Source: Nageia nagi (taxonomy: Eukaryota > Plantae > Pinophyta). Taken from it: DNA of 64,000 bases. Below, piece after piece: positions 1-12,916 of this stretch; within the stretch, counting starts at the first letter, position 1, and the number at the start of each line of letters is the position of its first letter. The stretch lies in contig JBITNC010000001.1 of NCBI GenBank assembly GCA_050084985.1, forward strand, positions 115,568,001 to 115,632,000. Direction: 5' to 3'. The position numbers were made by a program, and so were the translations under genes. The notes below the pieces were generated by a model. The model saw nothing but the letters and a program-made list of their open reading frames with translations. It ran no database searches and had not been told where the DNA came from.

Positions 1-3000
1 TTAAAGCAAGAATTGAACAAGATATTGCATCAAACCTTAAGAAAGCCCATATTCTAAAGTTTAATAGTAAGTAAGAGGGTGATAAAGTTGAAATGTTGTT
101 AGAAGAACCAAAGATATATTTCTTCAATGAAGAACATACTCCAGAAATAAAAAATGTATGGTCTGCCTACAACTTTCAAGATATTACACTATAGTAGTGG
201 AATGATTACAATATTAAGCATGGGATCCAGTACCTAAAATGGCTAGAATTTGTTACAGCATTTCACAAAAGATTCATTTCCCAAATCTACTATGATAGAA
301 AGTATGAAGAAAACTATACCTTGTAACCAGGATCTATGAGTGTCTAAAGGTACCATCAAAAAATTTTCAAGCTACTCAAATATGTCCCTAAAGATAAGAA
401 CCATAAGAATGCCCATAGGTTTCTTGTTTGGATAGATCCTAAGATTAATAGTATGGTGAATGTATTGAATCACAAAATTCTTGAAGAAGTGTATGACCTC
501 ACAAAAAGGAAAGAAACTAATCTAAGTGTTAATAAGATCTTTGTAAATTACATTCTTTTGGATGAAAAAGATAAGAAAATCTATCAAAAGAGTAATAGTG
601 CAAAGCATCAAGCATAATAGATAAGAAATAAGAAGATAAAAGAAAATAACCATAGTTATAAGGATAGTAACCAACCCAAATTTGGGAAAGGGTCAACTGA
701 AAAGAAGGATTATAAGAAGAAGAATTTTTAGAGGAAAAATTAGTCATTTTGTAAGAAAAATTTTAACACTTGGAATGGAAGCCAATGTTCCAAGAACTAT
801 AATTAAGGATTCCCAAACCAAAGAGTCAATCAGAATGCATCTAAGGACAAGTTTCCACAATAGAAGAAGGGTCCTAGATATGGATGTTAGAATTATGGTG
901 GACCTCACTATGCCAATCAATGTCCCTTGAAAAAAGATCAGTCCAAAGAACAATGTATCTTTGTAGTTACAAGATCAAAATAGGCCATCAAACAAGCCAC
1001 ACCTTCTTCAAATCCATGATAAAATTTATGACAAATATTTTAGGTTTTTGATATATTATGGAGGTATAAATAGTTTTATTTCAAATTCCTTAGTTAAAGA
1101 CATGTCAAAGGCCCAAGAAATTTTAACAAATGAATGGCAAGTGGAGTTTGGATCTAGAAAATAATGCCCTATTAGATAATGATTTAGGGATGTTGAAATA
1201 GAATTATCCAAGGGATATATTATTTGGGATTTGTATGTGGTTTGCTTAGCCTCTTATTATATCATTATAGGAATGGATTGGTTAATGGCATACAAAGCTC
1301 TCACTGAATTCCAAGATAGATGAGTAGAATACACTTATGTATCTCAAAATCTATACATGATGTATAGTGATCAAAGACCTTTTCAGCCTTACTTGATCAC
1401 ATCCATGTAAGTTAAAAGAAGCATTGGAAAAGGAGAGATGATTTATTAGGTCAAGATTAAGGAAATTGAGCAGAGGATAAGGATATAGAACTACTAAATA
1501 AGTACCCTATGCTAAAAGAATACAAAGATGTATTCCCTAAAGATATACCAAGATTATCCCCCAAATAAGAATTTGATTTCTCCATGGGTTTAATGCCTAG
1601 ATTCAATCCTATTTTTTATAAACATCATATAGAATGAATACTATTGAGATGTAAGAGTTAAAGGTACAATTGCAAGATCTATTAGAAAAAGGTTGATAAA
1701 ACCTATTGTATCACCATGGGGTGCTTCTATGTTAGTTTTGAAAAAGAAAGATGGTACTCTAAAGTTGTATATCGATTATCAGATGCTAAATACGGTCACC
1801 ATAAAAGATGGGTATCCTTTACCTAGAAATGATGATTTACTTAACCAACTCAAGGATGTTACTATCTTCTCAAAGATATATTTGAGATTGAGATACCATT
1901 AATTGAGAATTAAGGGATTAGATACTCATAAACTAACTTTCAAAAGTAGGTATGGAAACTATGAGTTTGTGTTAATACTTTTTGGGTTAATGAATGCTCC
2001 TATAACATTCATGAACATGATGAATAGTGTTTATTGGGAGTATCTAGACTAGTTTGTGCTAGTATTTTTATGACATCCTCATATATTCAAGAAATTAGAA
2101 GTTGAATAATCATCATATGATATTGACTCTATAAGTGTTAAGAAGAAATAAGTTATATGGAAAATTATAAAAGTATGATTTTTATATTTCCCAAATTCAG
2201 TATTTAGGCCATATCATGTCTACAAAAGGAACATTAATTGATCCAAAGAGAGTGGAAGCAATTATGAGTTGGCTTGCATAAAAAAATGTGATTAAGGTAA
2301 GGATTTTTTATGGGATTAGCCTAATATTATCGAAGATTTATCAATTTTTATTTCAAAAATAGCCAATCTCATCACTAGTCTTTAGAAAAAGAATAAGGTG
2401 TTCAAATGGATAGAAAAATACGAAATTTTTTTTCCAAACTTTAAATAAAAGCTTAGCACAACATCATTTCTCAGTATCCCTGACACACATGATGATTTTG
2501 TAGTATGTACAGATGCTTCACTAGAAGGTTTAGGTGGTGTGTTATCATAGAATGGGAACCCTGTAACATTTGAATCTAGGAAACTAAAAACTAATGATCT
2601 GAGTTATACAACACATGATATTAACTTAGTATCCATAGTTCATGAACTTAATATGTGGAGACACTATCTTCTAAAGAAGCTCATCAAAGTTGAAATAGAT
2701 CATAAAAGATCAAAGTATTTATTCACTCAACTGGATGTAAATGCTAGAAAAAGATGATGGATGAAATTCTTAGTTGAATATAATTTTTGCAATGAATACA
2801 TTAAAGGAAAGGAGAATACGGTAGTAGATTATTTGATTCTTAGATGACATATCAATGCCATGAAAAGAATTCAATCTAATTTGTTTGATCAAGTGAATGT
2901 TTTATAGCAAGAAGACTTGTATTGCAAATCTATTCAAGAATTGATACAAAAGGGTATCCCATCATCCAAATATTTTACTGAAAAGGATAGAATTTTTTAT

Positions 3001-4342
3001 TTTAAGGATAGATTAGTCATTATAGAGAATAAAAATTTAAGAACTTTCAACATGCAAGAAGCTCATCGTCCTCCATATGCAGCACATTCGGGAGGTATGA
3101 AGATGAGGAAGACCTAAAACAAAAATTTTATTGGGATGTCATGAAAAGGGATATAGTAGAATTTTGGCAAGATGTCTTTAATGTAAGAAATTGAAGGTGT
3201 AACATCAACATACAAGTTGATATTTGTATCTACATGATGTCCCTACACAAATATGGCAAGTAATTTTAATGGATTTTATTATTGGTTTTCCAAAAAAAAA
3301 AGATCCATCATGACTCAATTTTGGTAATGGTTGATAGATTCACCAAGGTAGTGCATTTTATACTTGGAAACACCATTATTGATGCCCTTATAGTGGATGG
3401 ATTTCCTATGGTGATCATCTTAAATAGGGATTCAAATTTCAACTTCATCTTTTAAAAATCATTACACAAGGAATTGGGAACAAAATTAAACATGAGTTCA
3501 GCATATCACCTAGACATAGATTAGGAGATTGAATGAGTGAATATATTTCCTAAGGATATGCTCAAAGTGTATTGCATGGAACAAAAGACTAAATGAGAAG
3601 ACTACCTGTACTTAGTTGAATTTACTGATAATAATGGATACCATTAATCTATGGGAATGGCTCATTTCAAGGTTCTTTATGGAAGGAGATGCAAAACTCC
3701 TTTATCTTGGGATAATTGAGAGGATTAGGTGATGATCTAGCCAAAAATGTTAAAGTGCATAGAAGAACAACTTAAGTCCAATCGATGAAAGCTCAACAAA
3801 GGTGTTGATAGATAAAAAAGTTATAATAATATTATGAAAACTCCTCAAGAATTTGGGTGAAAAAGTAGTTTTACGAGTCTCAACTATAAAAAGTGCCATA
3901 AAGTCTAACAAATTAGATCCCTATTTTTTTGGCCCTTTTGAAATAGTCGAGAAGAAGAGTCTAGTTACCTACAAACTTCCTTTGCCAACAAGTTTGTTAA
4001 AAATGCATGATGTGTTTCATGTCTCTCTATTGAGAAAATATGTTGCTGACCCATGTCATGTGTTGGGTTTTTATATTTTACAAATTTTGAACCCTCATGT
4101 TGTTAAAGTTCTCCCTATTAGGATCCTAGCTTTTAGAACTATGAAATTAAGAAGTTGGGAGAAATATGAATGTCTAGTCCAATGTGACAAGTATTGAGAA
4201 TCATCTTCCACTTTAGAAGATGAATCTACCATGAGAAAATAATTTCCTTATTTGTTTGAATGATTGTGTAAAATATTCTAAAATGTTTTATGGTTTGTAT
4301 TGAAGAACACAGGGGACTATGTTCTTTTTTAAGAGGGTAGTA
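1..4342 (+). mobile_element. Ty3/gypsy chromovirus (Tekay-like) internal region, array unit 1; 5' end outside the window; degenerate gag-PR-RT-RH-INT-chromodomain
   Basis: ORF fragments: RT 1693-1902 ([29 protein letters not shown]), integrase 2917-3117, GPY/F plus chromodomain 3853-4197 (GPFEIVEK..HDVFHVSLLRKY..ECLVQ). Many C>T/G>A-type stops. PPT at 4331-4342. Confidence 0.95.
4331..4342 (+). other. Polypurine tract of unit 1
   Basis: AAGAGGGTAGTA directly before TGTAAC. Equivalent tracts end at 19182 and 28259. Confidence 0.85.
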
Positions 4343-5182
4343 TGTAACAATCCTCCTAATTACCCTTATTAAGACTCAAATACTATCGATACTTTGAATG
4401 TGATTAATATTTAATTATGTTGTGTGATGAGTAATTTTGGGTGGATATGTGCATTATTTGTGTCGATTTGATGTTGGCTTTAAGATTTTATGACACAAGT
4501 TATAGGTTGACTCGAGATGGGGAGTCAAGTTAAAGAACCAAGGGACCAAGGATGAGTTGGTTATAGAAATGGATTGGTAAGAGTGAGAAAATGATATGCA
4601 TTGATTCACTGATAGCTACTAAGACTTTTGTGGATTATATATATGCATATCATACATATCATAATTATGGTGCATAATACGTGATTTTGATGATATTTTT
4701 GTATGTATGTGTGCAATAATAAATCTACCTTACGGGAGGAGTGGTCTCTACAGGTAAAGATGTACATAAAAATAAGACATACATTTTGGAATTTGCACTA
4801 TAAATAAATTAACTATTTGCAAAGAATATTCCAATTATTTGAATTCAAATTTTAACTAAGGAATATAGATGAAAGTTAGTAAAACTTAAAAATTAAGGGT
4901 TAGAAGAGTTATTTATCATTTATTGTTGGTTGCATGGTTATTTTGGCACCTTGCAAAGATAATTGAGTTATCTCCCCCAAATAAATTGTTTTCTTTCGTT
5001 AGGTGTAAAATAATTGATAAAACATTTTTTCTTTTTTTATGGAAGGTGTGTAATTATTTTGGAGGATATACGGAGATGTTCCAAACCCTCACATAAAAAT
5101 AAAAAATCCCTATGCCTTACATGCAGAGTAGATGAATTGGAAAAATAGTATTTAATTTGGATGGATCTTGCTTCCCTCAGAC

Positions 5183-5190
5183 TATAAATA
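5183..5190 (+). promoter_or_regulatory. Putative LTR TATA box
   Basis: CTATAAATA followed by a CT-rich initiator-like stretch. Conserved at 20018-20025 and 29090-29097. Confidence 0.6.
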
Positions 5191-7350
5191 TCTAAGGGGG
5201 TGACCATTGGAAACACACTTCACACTTCTCTTTTCTCTCAAAAGTAATCTACGAGTACATGAAGAAAGGAATATTTTTCTTTCAAGTTCATGTGCCCCAT
5301 ATAGCATTTTAGACACGAATGCTAAAATGATAGCTAAGTATTTGAATTTTAGTTAATAGCTTTTATAGTATACATGAATATTTGTTATAATATTGTTGAA
5401 GAATTTGATTCTTAATAGTTTTACATTAATTGTAGTTTGAAAAGCCTATCAACTATTTCTTCGCATGTGACTAATTGTACACTTTGTCTATTTGTAATTG
5501 AATAAGAGTAAATTATTTATTTTAAACTAATTATTGTGTGTATATGGGAAGTCATACGTCTTGCATTATGTGATAGGCTATATAAAAATAAAATAAATAA
5601 AAGGGTATTGACATGACTATTCTATGACTTCATGTGCAATATGTCGTATGGCATTTTTGCTCCACTCGTAGACCCTTTTTCAATAATCGAAAATCAATGC
5701 AATGAATAGTAGGTTTTAATGTTACATACTTTTTCCCTGTTCTAACTCTCAAGTAGCGTTTCAGTAGGCGTGTTATTTGAGATCAAGGGAACGCCTTCGA
5801 TAAGGTATTTCAAGTAAATTTTGCTGGCGCATACTTTTCTCAAATAGCGTTTTAGTAGGCCACCATTCTAGCATGCCTTTCTGTGTTTATACTTCTCCCG
5901 TTGCACCCATAAATACATATGTGATGAGATAAGTTATTCAAACATGTTGTGTACCTATTCTTGGCCTATCACTTATCAAATGATGTGATATAGGAGACTG
6001 CATTTTAGTAAGAAATCTGTCAACCTTTCGTCATGTGTCTACGACCAATGAGTATACTCGACAAAGCCGTTTTCAAAAACAATTCATGGACCCTTCTAAG
6101 GTATCCATTTTGTGCATACCCAGACAATCTGTAGGCCTACCGAATAGAGCTGTGTGCGTGAGAGGACAAATTCTTTACAAGCTTCATTCACTTGTTTATC
6201 ATATCATATTGATCATAACGAGACCTTAGGCGAAATTTTGAAGTGGTATTTTATTAAACAAATCACGTTTCTACAAAACATATCCAAAATAGTTTGTCAA
6301 GTCATTCACATAGTGCTCTCAATGCATCTAATTTTTAGCAAATCTTATATTCATTATGGAGGAATGAGGTGTACGCTTGTGTTATACAAAAATCATATGA
6401 CTGCTCTGTGTATTTCCTATGATTTTGAAAGTAGATAAATAAGGTGTTCGCAATCTAGATCCGAAAATTGGGCTACATTATGAGACAATTTGACAAAAAA
6501 ATCTCTACCGTTCCAAACATATCCATTAGAGGACACCCAAAAATATTTGATCATACCACTAAAAATGTTAAGTATTTGATCATACCGAACGAGATTGGTT
6601 ATTAAACAATCCACGAGGTCGATTAACGGAGCGTGGCTAGACTGTGACGAGGCACTCTGACAAATAATTAAGAACCCATCTTTTATTGTATTTAAACATA
6701 TTCGATAAGAGTTTAGAATGAGTAAAATAAGTTGCCTTTTAATTAAGTATTAAGTATTATGAATTACTTTCAAGATTAATGATTGATTACCATGATTGAT
6801 GTAAGGATATAATAGTTCCTATTATTTGATGGAAAATATGTCAAATGGTTTTATTTTTATTTTTCGAGGAGTATGATTGAAATGTTAGGCTAAGAACAAG
6901 GAAAGAAGTTCATTATGGAGGGAACATAAAACCTCTTAAGGTCTTTGAAAGGGGAAAGTTTAGCTTTTTAAAATGGAATATGATGCATTTAGAGTGAGAA
7001 TAATTTTGATCAAAAGGCTGTGCTAATCTTCAATACTCATAAGCCATTCCTAGTACCCAAAATTAATGAACCTTGGATCTTTGGAAGATTTTAGGAGATG
7101 AAGATGGCAAGCCATTACAACAATTACATAATAAAGATTATCAAATACCTCTACATGGATGTGTTATAATTTCCCTACATTGTAAGCGAATACCATGTAA
7201 TTAAGGGTCACACTTTTCATAATGTATAAATTAGGGTTACCCTACATTTTGTAAGATTTAAATCCTCATTTATGAAAATAGGGTGAAGATAAATCTTTTT
7301 ATATCAATAAAGAAAGCCTATGGATTATATGTAAAACTAATGATCTAATA

Positions 7351-7353
<3 letters not shown>

Positions 7354-7396
<43 letters not shown>

Positions 7397-7403
7397 TATA
7401 TAT
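7354..7403. repeat. (TA)n microsatellite inside LTR 1
   Basis: Read directly. The homologous tract is at ~22020-22064 in LTR 2 and is only a short remnant near 31130 in LTR 3. Confidence 0.95.
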
Positions 7404-9192
7404 GGATGGAATAAAACATTAGAATTTGAATCAAAGAAAAACTTGTCATATGATTTAAGTAATTCAAGGAAGTATTGCTATACTCATGAACAATGACTAT
7501 CAAAATAGGGTATGAAATAAAATCATAGCTATGAATGTAATTACGAGTACAATTCTAATTTCATTAAAGAAAATTATAAGCTTGGTATGTAGCTCATATT
7601 ATGTAGAGCGACTCAATAAGGAGAAAGGATATCTAATATAAAGATGGATTATAAATAGGATAACACCATGTGTCCTTAGACACTTGTAAATGGATCAATT
7701 AGGATAACCTAGTGTTGATATGATATGATTTAGACAAACATAGATAGTGAATGGAAAAATATGTATGCTTGATAACCCATTGTAATTATTACATACCAAC
7801 AAGATGAAAGGAGAAAATGTATGAAATAGTTAAAACTAATAATGTAACAAACATGTTCGTAAGAATAATCTTTGCAAGGTATTATAAAAGAATCTTTATA
7901 TTTCAATAACTCCATATAATGAATAATAATTTTGAATAATGTTACTTAGCTTGAATGATGAGATTTGAATGTAAACCTTGAGGATGATCAAGATTAGGTG
8001 ATAAAGCCTAGAAAGGTAATGAAAACTTCAAGCTTGAAATAAGTCTACAAGGATAAAACTTATTAGTTGTCCCAATGATGAGGAAAAATACATAGAAAGT
8101 TCATTTCTTGTTAGGAAAACTCACTAAACGACATATAAAAGGAATATTCCATGAGTATGAACCATTCTATGTTGTACTTCCTTGTTATACGTACCTGACT
8201 TTAGTATTAACTCAAGACTTGTTATTAGTTTCTATCATGTGAGGCTTTTATAAAGAAATACTTTTTACACCACATCATACTTATGGGATAATTACAATAC
8301 CTTTGGATATTCTTAGTGTTTTCTTGAACAAGTTTGATTTGAAACTTCTTGCATACACTTATGAATTTATTTTAAATATGAAACATGGTTTTTTTTACCA
8401 TGATCTAGATTAAAGTAACATCTTAATTATTGATACAAGCATAAGACCTATAAACCTAATAATTGATTTAGGATCAATTATTTCTAGGATTGATAGGACA
8501 TGAGGTGGTTTTATTTTATAATCTTTCTTATAACATATTAGAATATACAAACCACTTGAAGGTACTGCCCCAATACCCATGGCTCCATAAGATATGGGTA
8601 CGAGGATGTTGGACTCCATGGTGAGCCTAGCTAATAAATATGGGTAGGCTAGAGTCTCAAATCCTCAATAGGGTATTAAATGAGGATAGAAATTGATAAA
8701 ACTATGGTTACCAGATGAGGGTAATTAGTAGTCATACTACTTGTAGTAGAAAATAGGAGTATAACGATTATTCCATAGGTGATGATGCCCCACTCATAAG
8801 GAAGTTTTTCTAAAATAATCTATCTACTCCTATGAATCAAAGGGTTATCATCAAAAGAGGATGCATAACCTAGTAGATGAGCATTATCTTGGGTGATGTG
8901 GGACCTGAGTAAGAAATCACTATGCCATGACTAGAATGTCTATTGCATAGTTTGTGAGTAGAAATATTGGGGTCATTTATGATGCATCTCCCAATGGGAC
9001 GATCATTATCGGGTTAAAATAAGAAGCAATTTATTTAGGGTTGGTCTATCTAGATTTGACCAAATTTACCTTATGAGCCTTGACTAGCTAGTAGCATTAA
9101 TATGCTCATATGGATCTCCTTATCCATTTCCAGATCATTCAAGTGATTAAACTAATCAAAACATTATCAAAAAATAGGTGGTTGTGTTATAG

Positions 9193-9204
9193 TGCTATCA
9201 AAGA
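9193..9204 (+). other. Degenerate primer-binding site (tRNA-iMet type), unit 2
   Basis: TGCTATCAAAGA versus canonical TGGTATCAGAGC. The unit 3 homolog is TGGTATCAAAGC at 23506-23517. Confidence 0.75.
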
Positions 9205-12200
9205 ATCAAGTTCAAACTCTCGAAACTATGGTTCGTGACTCTTTTTCTATAAAAGTTTAGGAGGTCAAAATTAGTATGCTTGAGTCTAATGATAATACTA
9301 TTTTATGGACTAAGATTATGGAAATTCCAAGATGCGTAAGAAGAGCTTCAAGAAACCTATAATGACATGCCTAAAATGGCCTTCCTAAGAATACTAATGC
9401 AAGGGGAAATAAAAGTAATATTAGGGATTAGAATGGAAGTAATAGAATAACTAGAAATGCCAATAGAAGGGTTCCTAATAATGAAAATGGGAATTCCCCA
9501 ATCTGTCCCACATGGAACAATAAAGGAGAAGAAGCCATTAGAAGGTTACAAGAGTAGGTAGTAGAATAACAAGAAATTATAAACAACATATTAAATCAAT
9601 GGACTAAACTTCCAAGAGAAGAATATATTCTAGAACAAGCAAGGCTTGAAGGGACAAATGACCAAATTCAAAAAAGAATTGAACAAGAACTCACATTAGA
9701 TCTTAAGAAAGATAAGATACTAAAGTTTAATGGTAAGCAAGAGGGTGAGTAAGCTAAAATATAGTTAGAAGCACTAACAACATATTTCTCACTGAAGAAC
9801 TTATCTACAAAAACAAAAACCATATGGGTTACCTACAACTTTTAGGATAATTCACTAGAGTGGTGAAATGCTTACATTATTGAGCATGGGATCTAGTACT
9901 TGAAATGGACAAAATTTATTACAACATTTTGTAAAAGATTCATTCCCAAATATACTATGATAGAAATTATGAAGAATACTATATTTTGCATCAAGGATCT
10001 ATTTTTCAAAGGTACCATTAGAAATATTTTAGGCTACTCAAATATATCCCTAAGTATAAGAGCCGTATGAAGGTTCATAGGTTTCTTGTTTGCTTAGATA
10101 CTAACATTAATACATGCTTTAAGAAGTGTATGACCTCGTAAAAAGGGAAGAAAGTAATTTGGGTATCAAAAAGACCTTTGTAACTTACAATCTTTTGGAT
10201 GAAAAAAAAGGAAATCTATTGAAAGAGTAAAAGTTGAGAGCATCAAGAACAATAGATAAACAACAAGAAAATCAAGGAAAATAAAAATAGTTATAAGGAT
10301 AGTAGCCCACCCAAATCTGGGAAAGGGCCATTTGAAAATAAGTGTTATGAGAAGAACAATTTTTTAGAGGAAAATAAATCATTATATAAGCAAAATTTTA
10401 ATCATGGGAATGGAAGCCAAGGTTTCAGGAATCGTAGTCAAGGATTTGTAGAGCAAAGAGTTAATCAAAATGCATCTAAGGACAAGTTTCTATAATAGAA
10501 GAAGGATCCTATAGATGGATGTTGGAATTATGGTGGAGCACACTATGCCAATTATTTTTCCCTAAAGATAAATTAGTCCAAAGAACATCATATCTTTGTA
10601 GCTATAGGATTGATAAAGACTAGAGAACAAGCCACACCTCTTCAAATCCTTGGTAAAATTTATGATAAATCTTTTAGGGTCTTGATAGATTATGATTCTA
10701 TAGATAGTTTTATTTCAAATTCTTTAGTTAAAGATATGTTAAAGGCACCAGAATATTTGACAAATGGATGGTAAGTGGAGTTTGGATATGGATAAAAATA
10801 CACTATTAGATAGTGCTTTAGGGATGTTGAAATAGAACTACATAAGGGATCTATTGTGTGGGATTTATATGTGGTTCCTTTAGCTTCTTGTGATATCATT
10901 CTAGGCATGGATTTGTTAATGGAACACAAGCTCTAATCGAATTCCAAGATAGATGAGTATAACACATGATGTATCTCAAAATCTACATAGTGTGTATAGT
11001 GATCAAGGACCTTTTGAGCCTTACTTGATCATGGCCATGCATGTTAAAAGAAGCAATGGAAAAGGAGAGATAATTTATGTGGTCAAGCTTAAGGAAATTG
11101 AGCATGAGGAGAAGGATATAGAACTACTAAATAAGTACCCTATGCTAAAAGAATACAAAGATGTATTCCTTGAAGATCTTCCAAGATTATCCCCAAATGA
11201 GAATTTGATTTTCCATAGATTTAATACTTAGAGTAGAGTCTATTTTTAGAACTCCATATAGAATGAATACTATTGACATGTAAGAGTTGAAGGTACAACT
11301 ATAAGATCTATTAGAAAAATGGTTGAGAAATCTTAGTGTATCACCATGGAATGCTCCTATATTATTTATGAAAAAGAAAGATGTTACTTTGGGGTTATGT
11401 ATGAAATATGGGTTGCTAAACAAGTTCACCATCAAAAATAGGTATCCTTTACCTATAATTAATGATTTGTTTGACCAACTCAAGGATGTTGCTATCTTGT
11501 AAAATATATATTTGAGATTGGGATATCACCAATTAAGAATTAAGGGATTAGATACTCATAAAATAGCTTTCCAAACTAGATATTATTGAAGATTTGATAA
11601 ATTTGTTTTAAAAATAGCCAATCCATGACTAGTCTTTAGAAAAAGAATAAGGTGTTCAAATGGATAGAAAAATGTGAAAATATTTTACCACCTTGAAAGA
11701 AAAGCTTAGCATAGCATTAGTTCTCACTATCCCTGATCCACATGGTGAGTTTTTAGTATATACAAATACTTCACTATAAGGTTTGGGTGGTGTGTTACCA
11801 TAGAATGGAAACCATGTACCATTTGATTCTTGGAAACTTAGAACTCATGATCTGAATTATGCAACTCATGATCTTGAGTTGTTATGCATAGTTCATGAAC
11901 TTAAGATGTGGAGACACTATCTTTTGGAGAAGCTTTTAAAATATGAAATAGATCATCAAAGTTTGAAGTTTTTGGTCACTTAGCCAGACCTAAATATGAT
12001 TTTAGCACTGAATACATTAAGGAAAAGGAGAATAAGGTAATAGATGCTCTAAGTCATAAATGACATATCAATTCCATAATAATAAGTAGATTTGATTTGT
12101 TTGACCAAGTAAAAATTTTGTAGTAGGAAGACTCATATTGCAAATCTATTCAAGAACTAATAGAGAAGGGTGCTCCATCATCAAAGATTTTACTAGAAAA

Positions 12201-12408
12201 GATGAAATTCTTTATTTTAAGGATAGATTAGTCATTTCAAAGAAGGGAAATTTAAGAACTTTGATCATGCAAGAAGTCCACAATCCTCCATATCCAGCAC
12301 ATCTAGGAGGTACAAAGATGAGAGAAGACTAGAAACAAAAATTTTATGGGGATGTTATGAAAAGGAATATAGTAGAATTTATGGCAATATATCTTGAATG
12401 TCAAAAGG

Positions 12409-12892
12409 TGATGCACGCGTTGCCGGGGCCATAACTTTTGATCGGAATGTCGTTTTGCTCCAAATTTTTAACCGTAGCCTCGTGAAGATTTTCTGAATAT
12501 GGCAATTCACTAGAATTGCCATACCCAAAAAATGATATTTTTAAGACTGATTCATCCATCTAAGGTCCTAAAAATAGGCTTTTTTAAGAGCACTTCCGAT
12601 TTTTAGGCTTTTTTGCATGTTGCGGCTTTAATAACTCTTGTTTTTCTTTTAGTTAAGGGCTGGTATTTTAGATAATGCTTAATTCGTGTAAGAGGGATGC
12701 GCATGCAAATTTTGGGCGCAATCTGACTCATTTTGATTTTTTAGCCTTTTTGTTGCTATTTAAAAAGGATTGTATTCTCTTGGAGAAGGTGGTGGATTCA
12801 GGAATAAGAAGAGTATTTGGTCCAGATTTCTTCTGTATATTCTGTGATTGGATTTCAATTTCTATTTTCCTTTTACAGCTGAATTCACATCA
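12409..12892 (+). repeat. 5' LTR of the CRM-like element
   Basis: Direct repeat of 17564-18047 with about 13 differences by hand count. Confidence 0.97.
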
Positions 12893-12916
12893 TTTGGTAT
12901 CGGAGCCAAGGAGAAG

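Larger units (their letters stand above)
4343..9191 (+). repeat. Shared LTR 1 (~4.85 kb) between units 1 and 2
   Basis: Starts TGTAAC after the PPT and ends TTATA (decayed TTACA) just before the PBS. Colinear with 19183-23504 and 28260-33004. Confidence 0.88.

Noticed and set aside
5915-6000. TGATGA box C-like motif suggesting a snoRNA in the LTR
   Set aside because: Not conserved in LTR 2, and no paired box D or terminal stem.
6035-6438. ORFs 6035-6229 and 6154-6438 (homolog at 21072-21275) as an LTR-encoded protein
   Set aside because: No recognisable domain, non-ATG starts, and the frame is not kept in all three LTRs.
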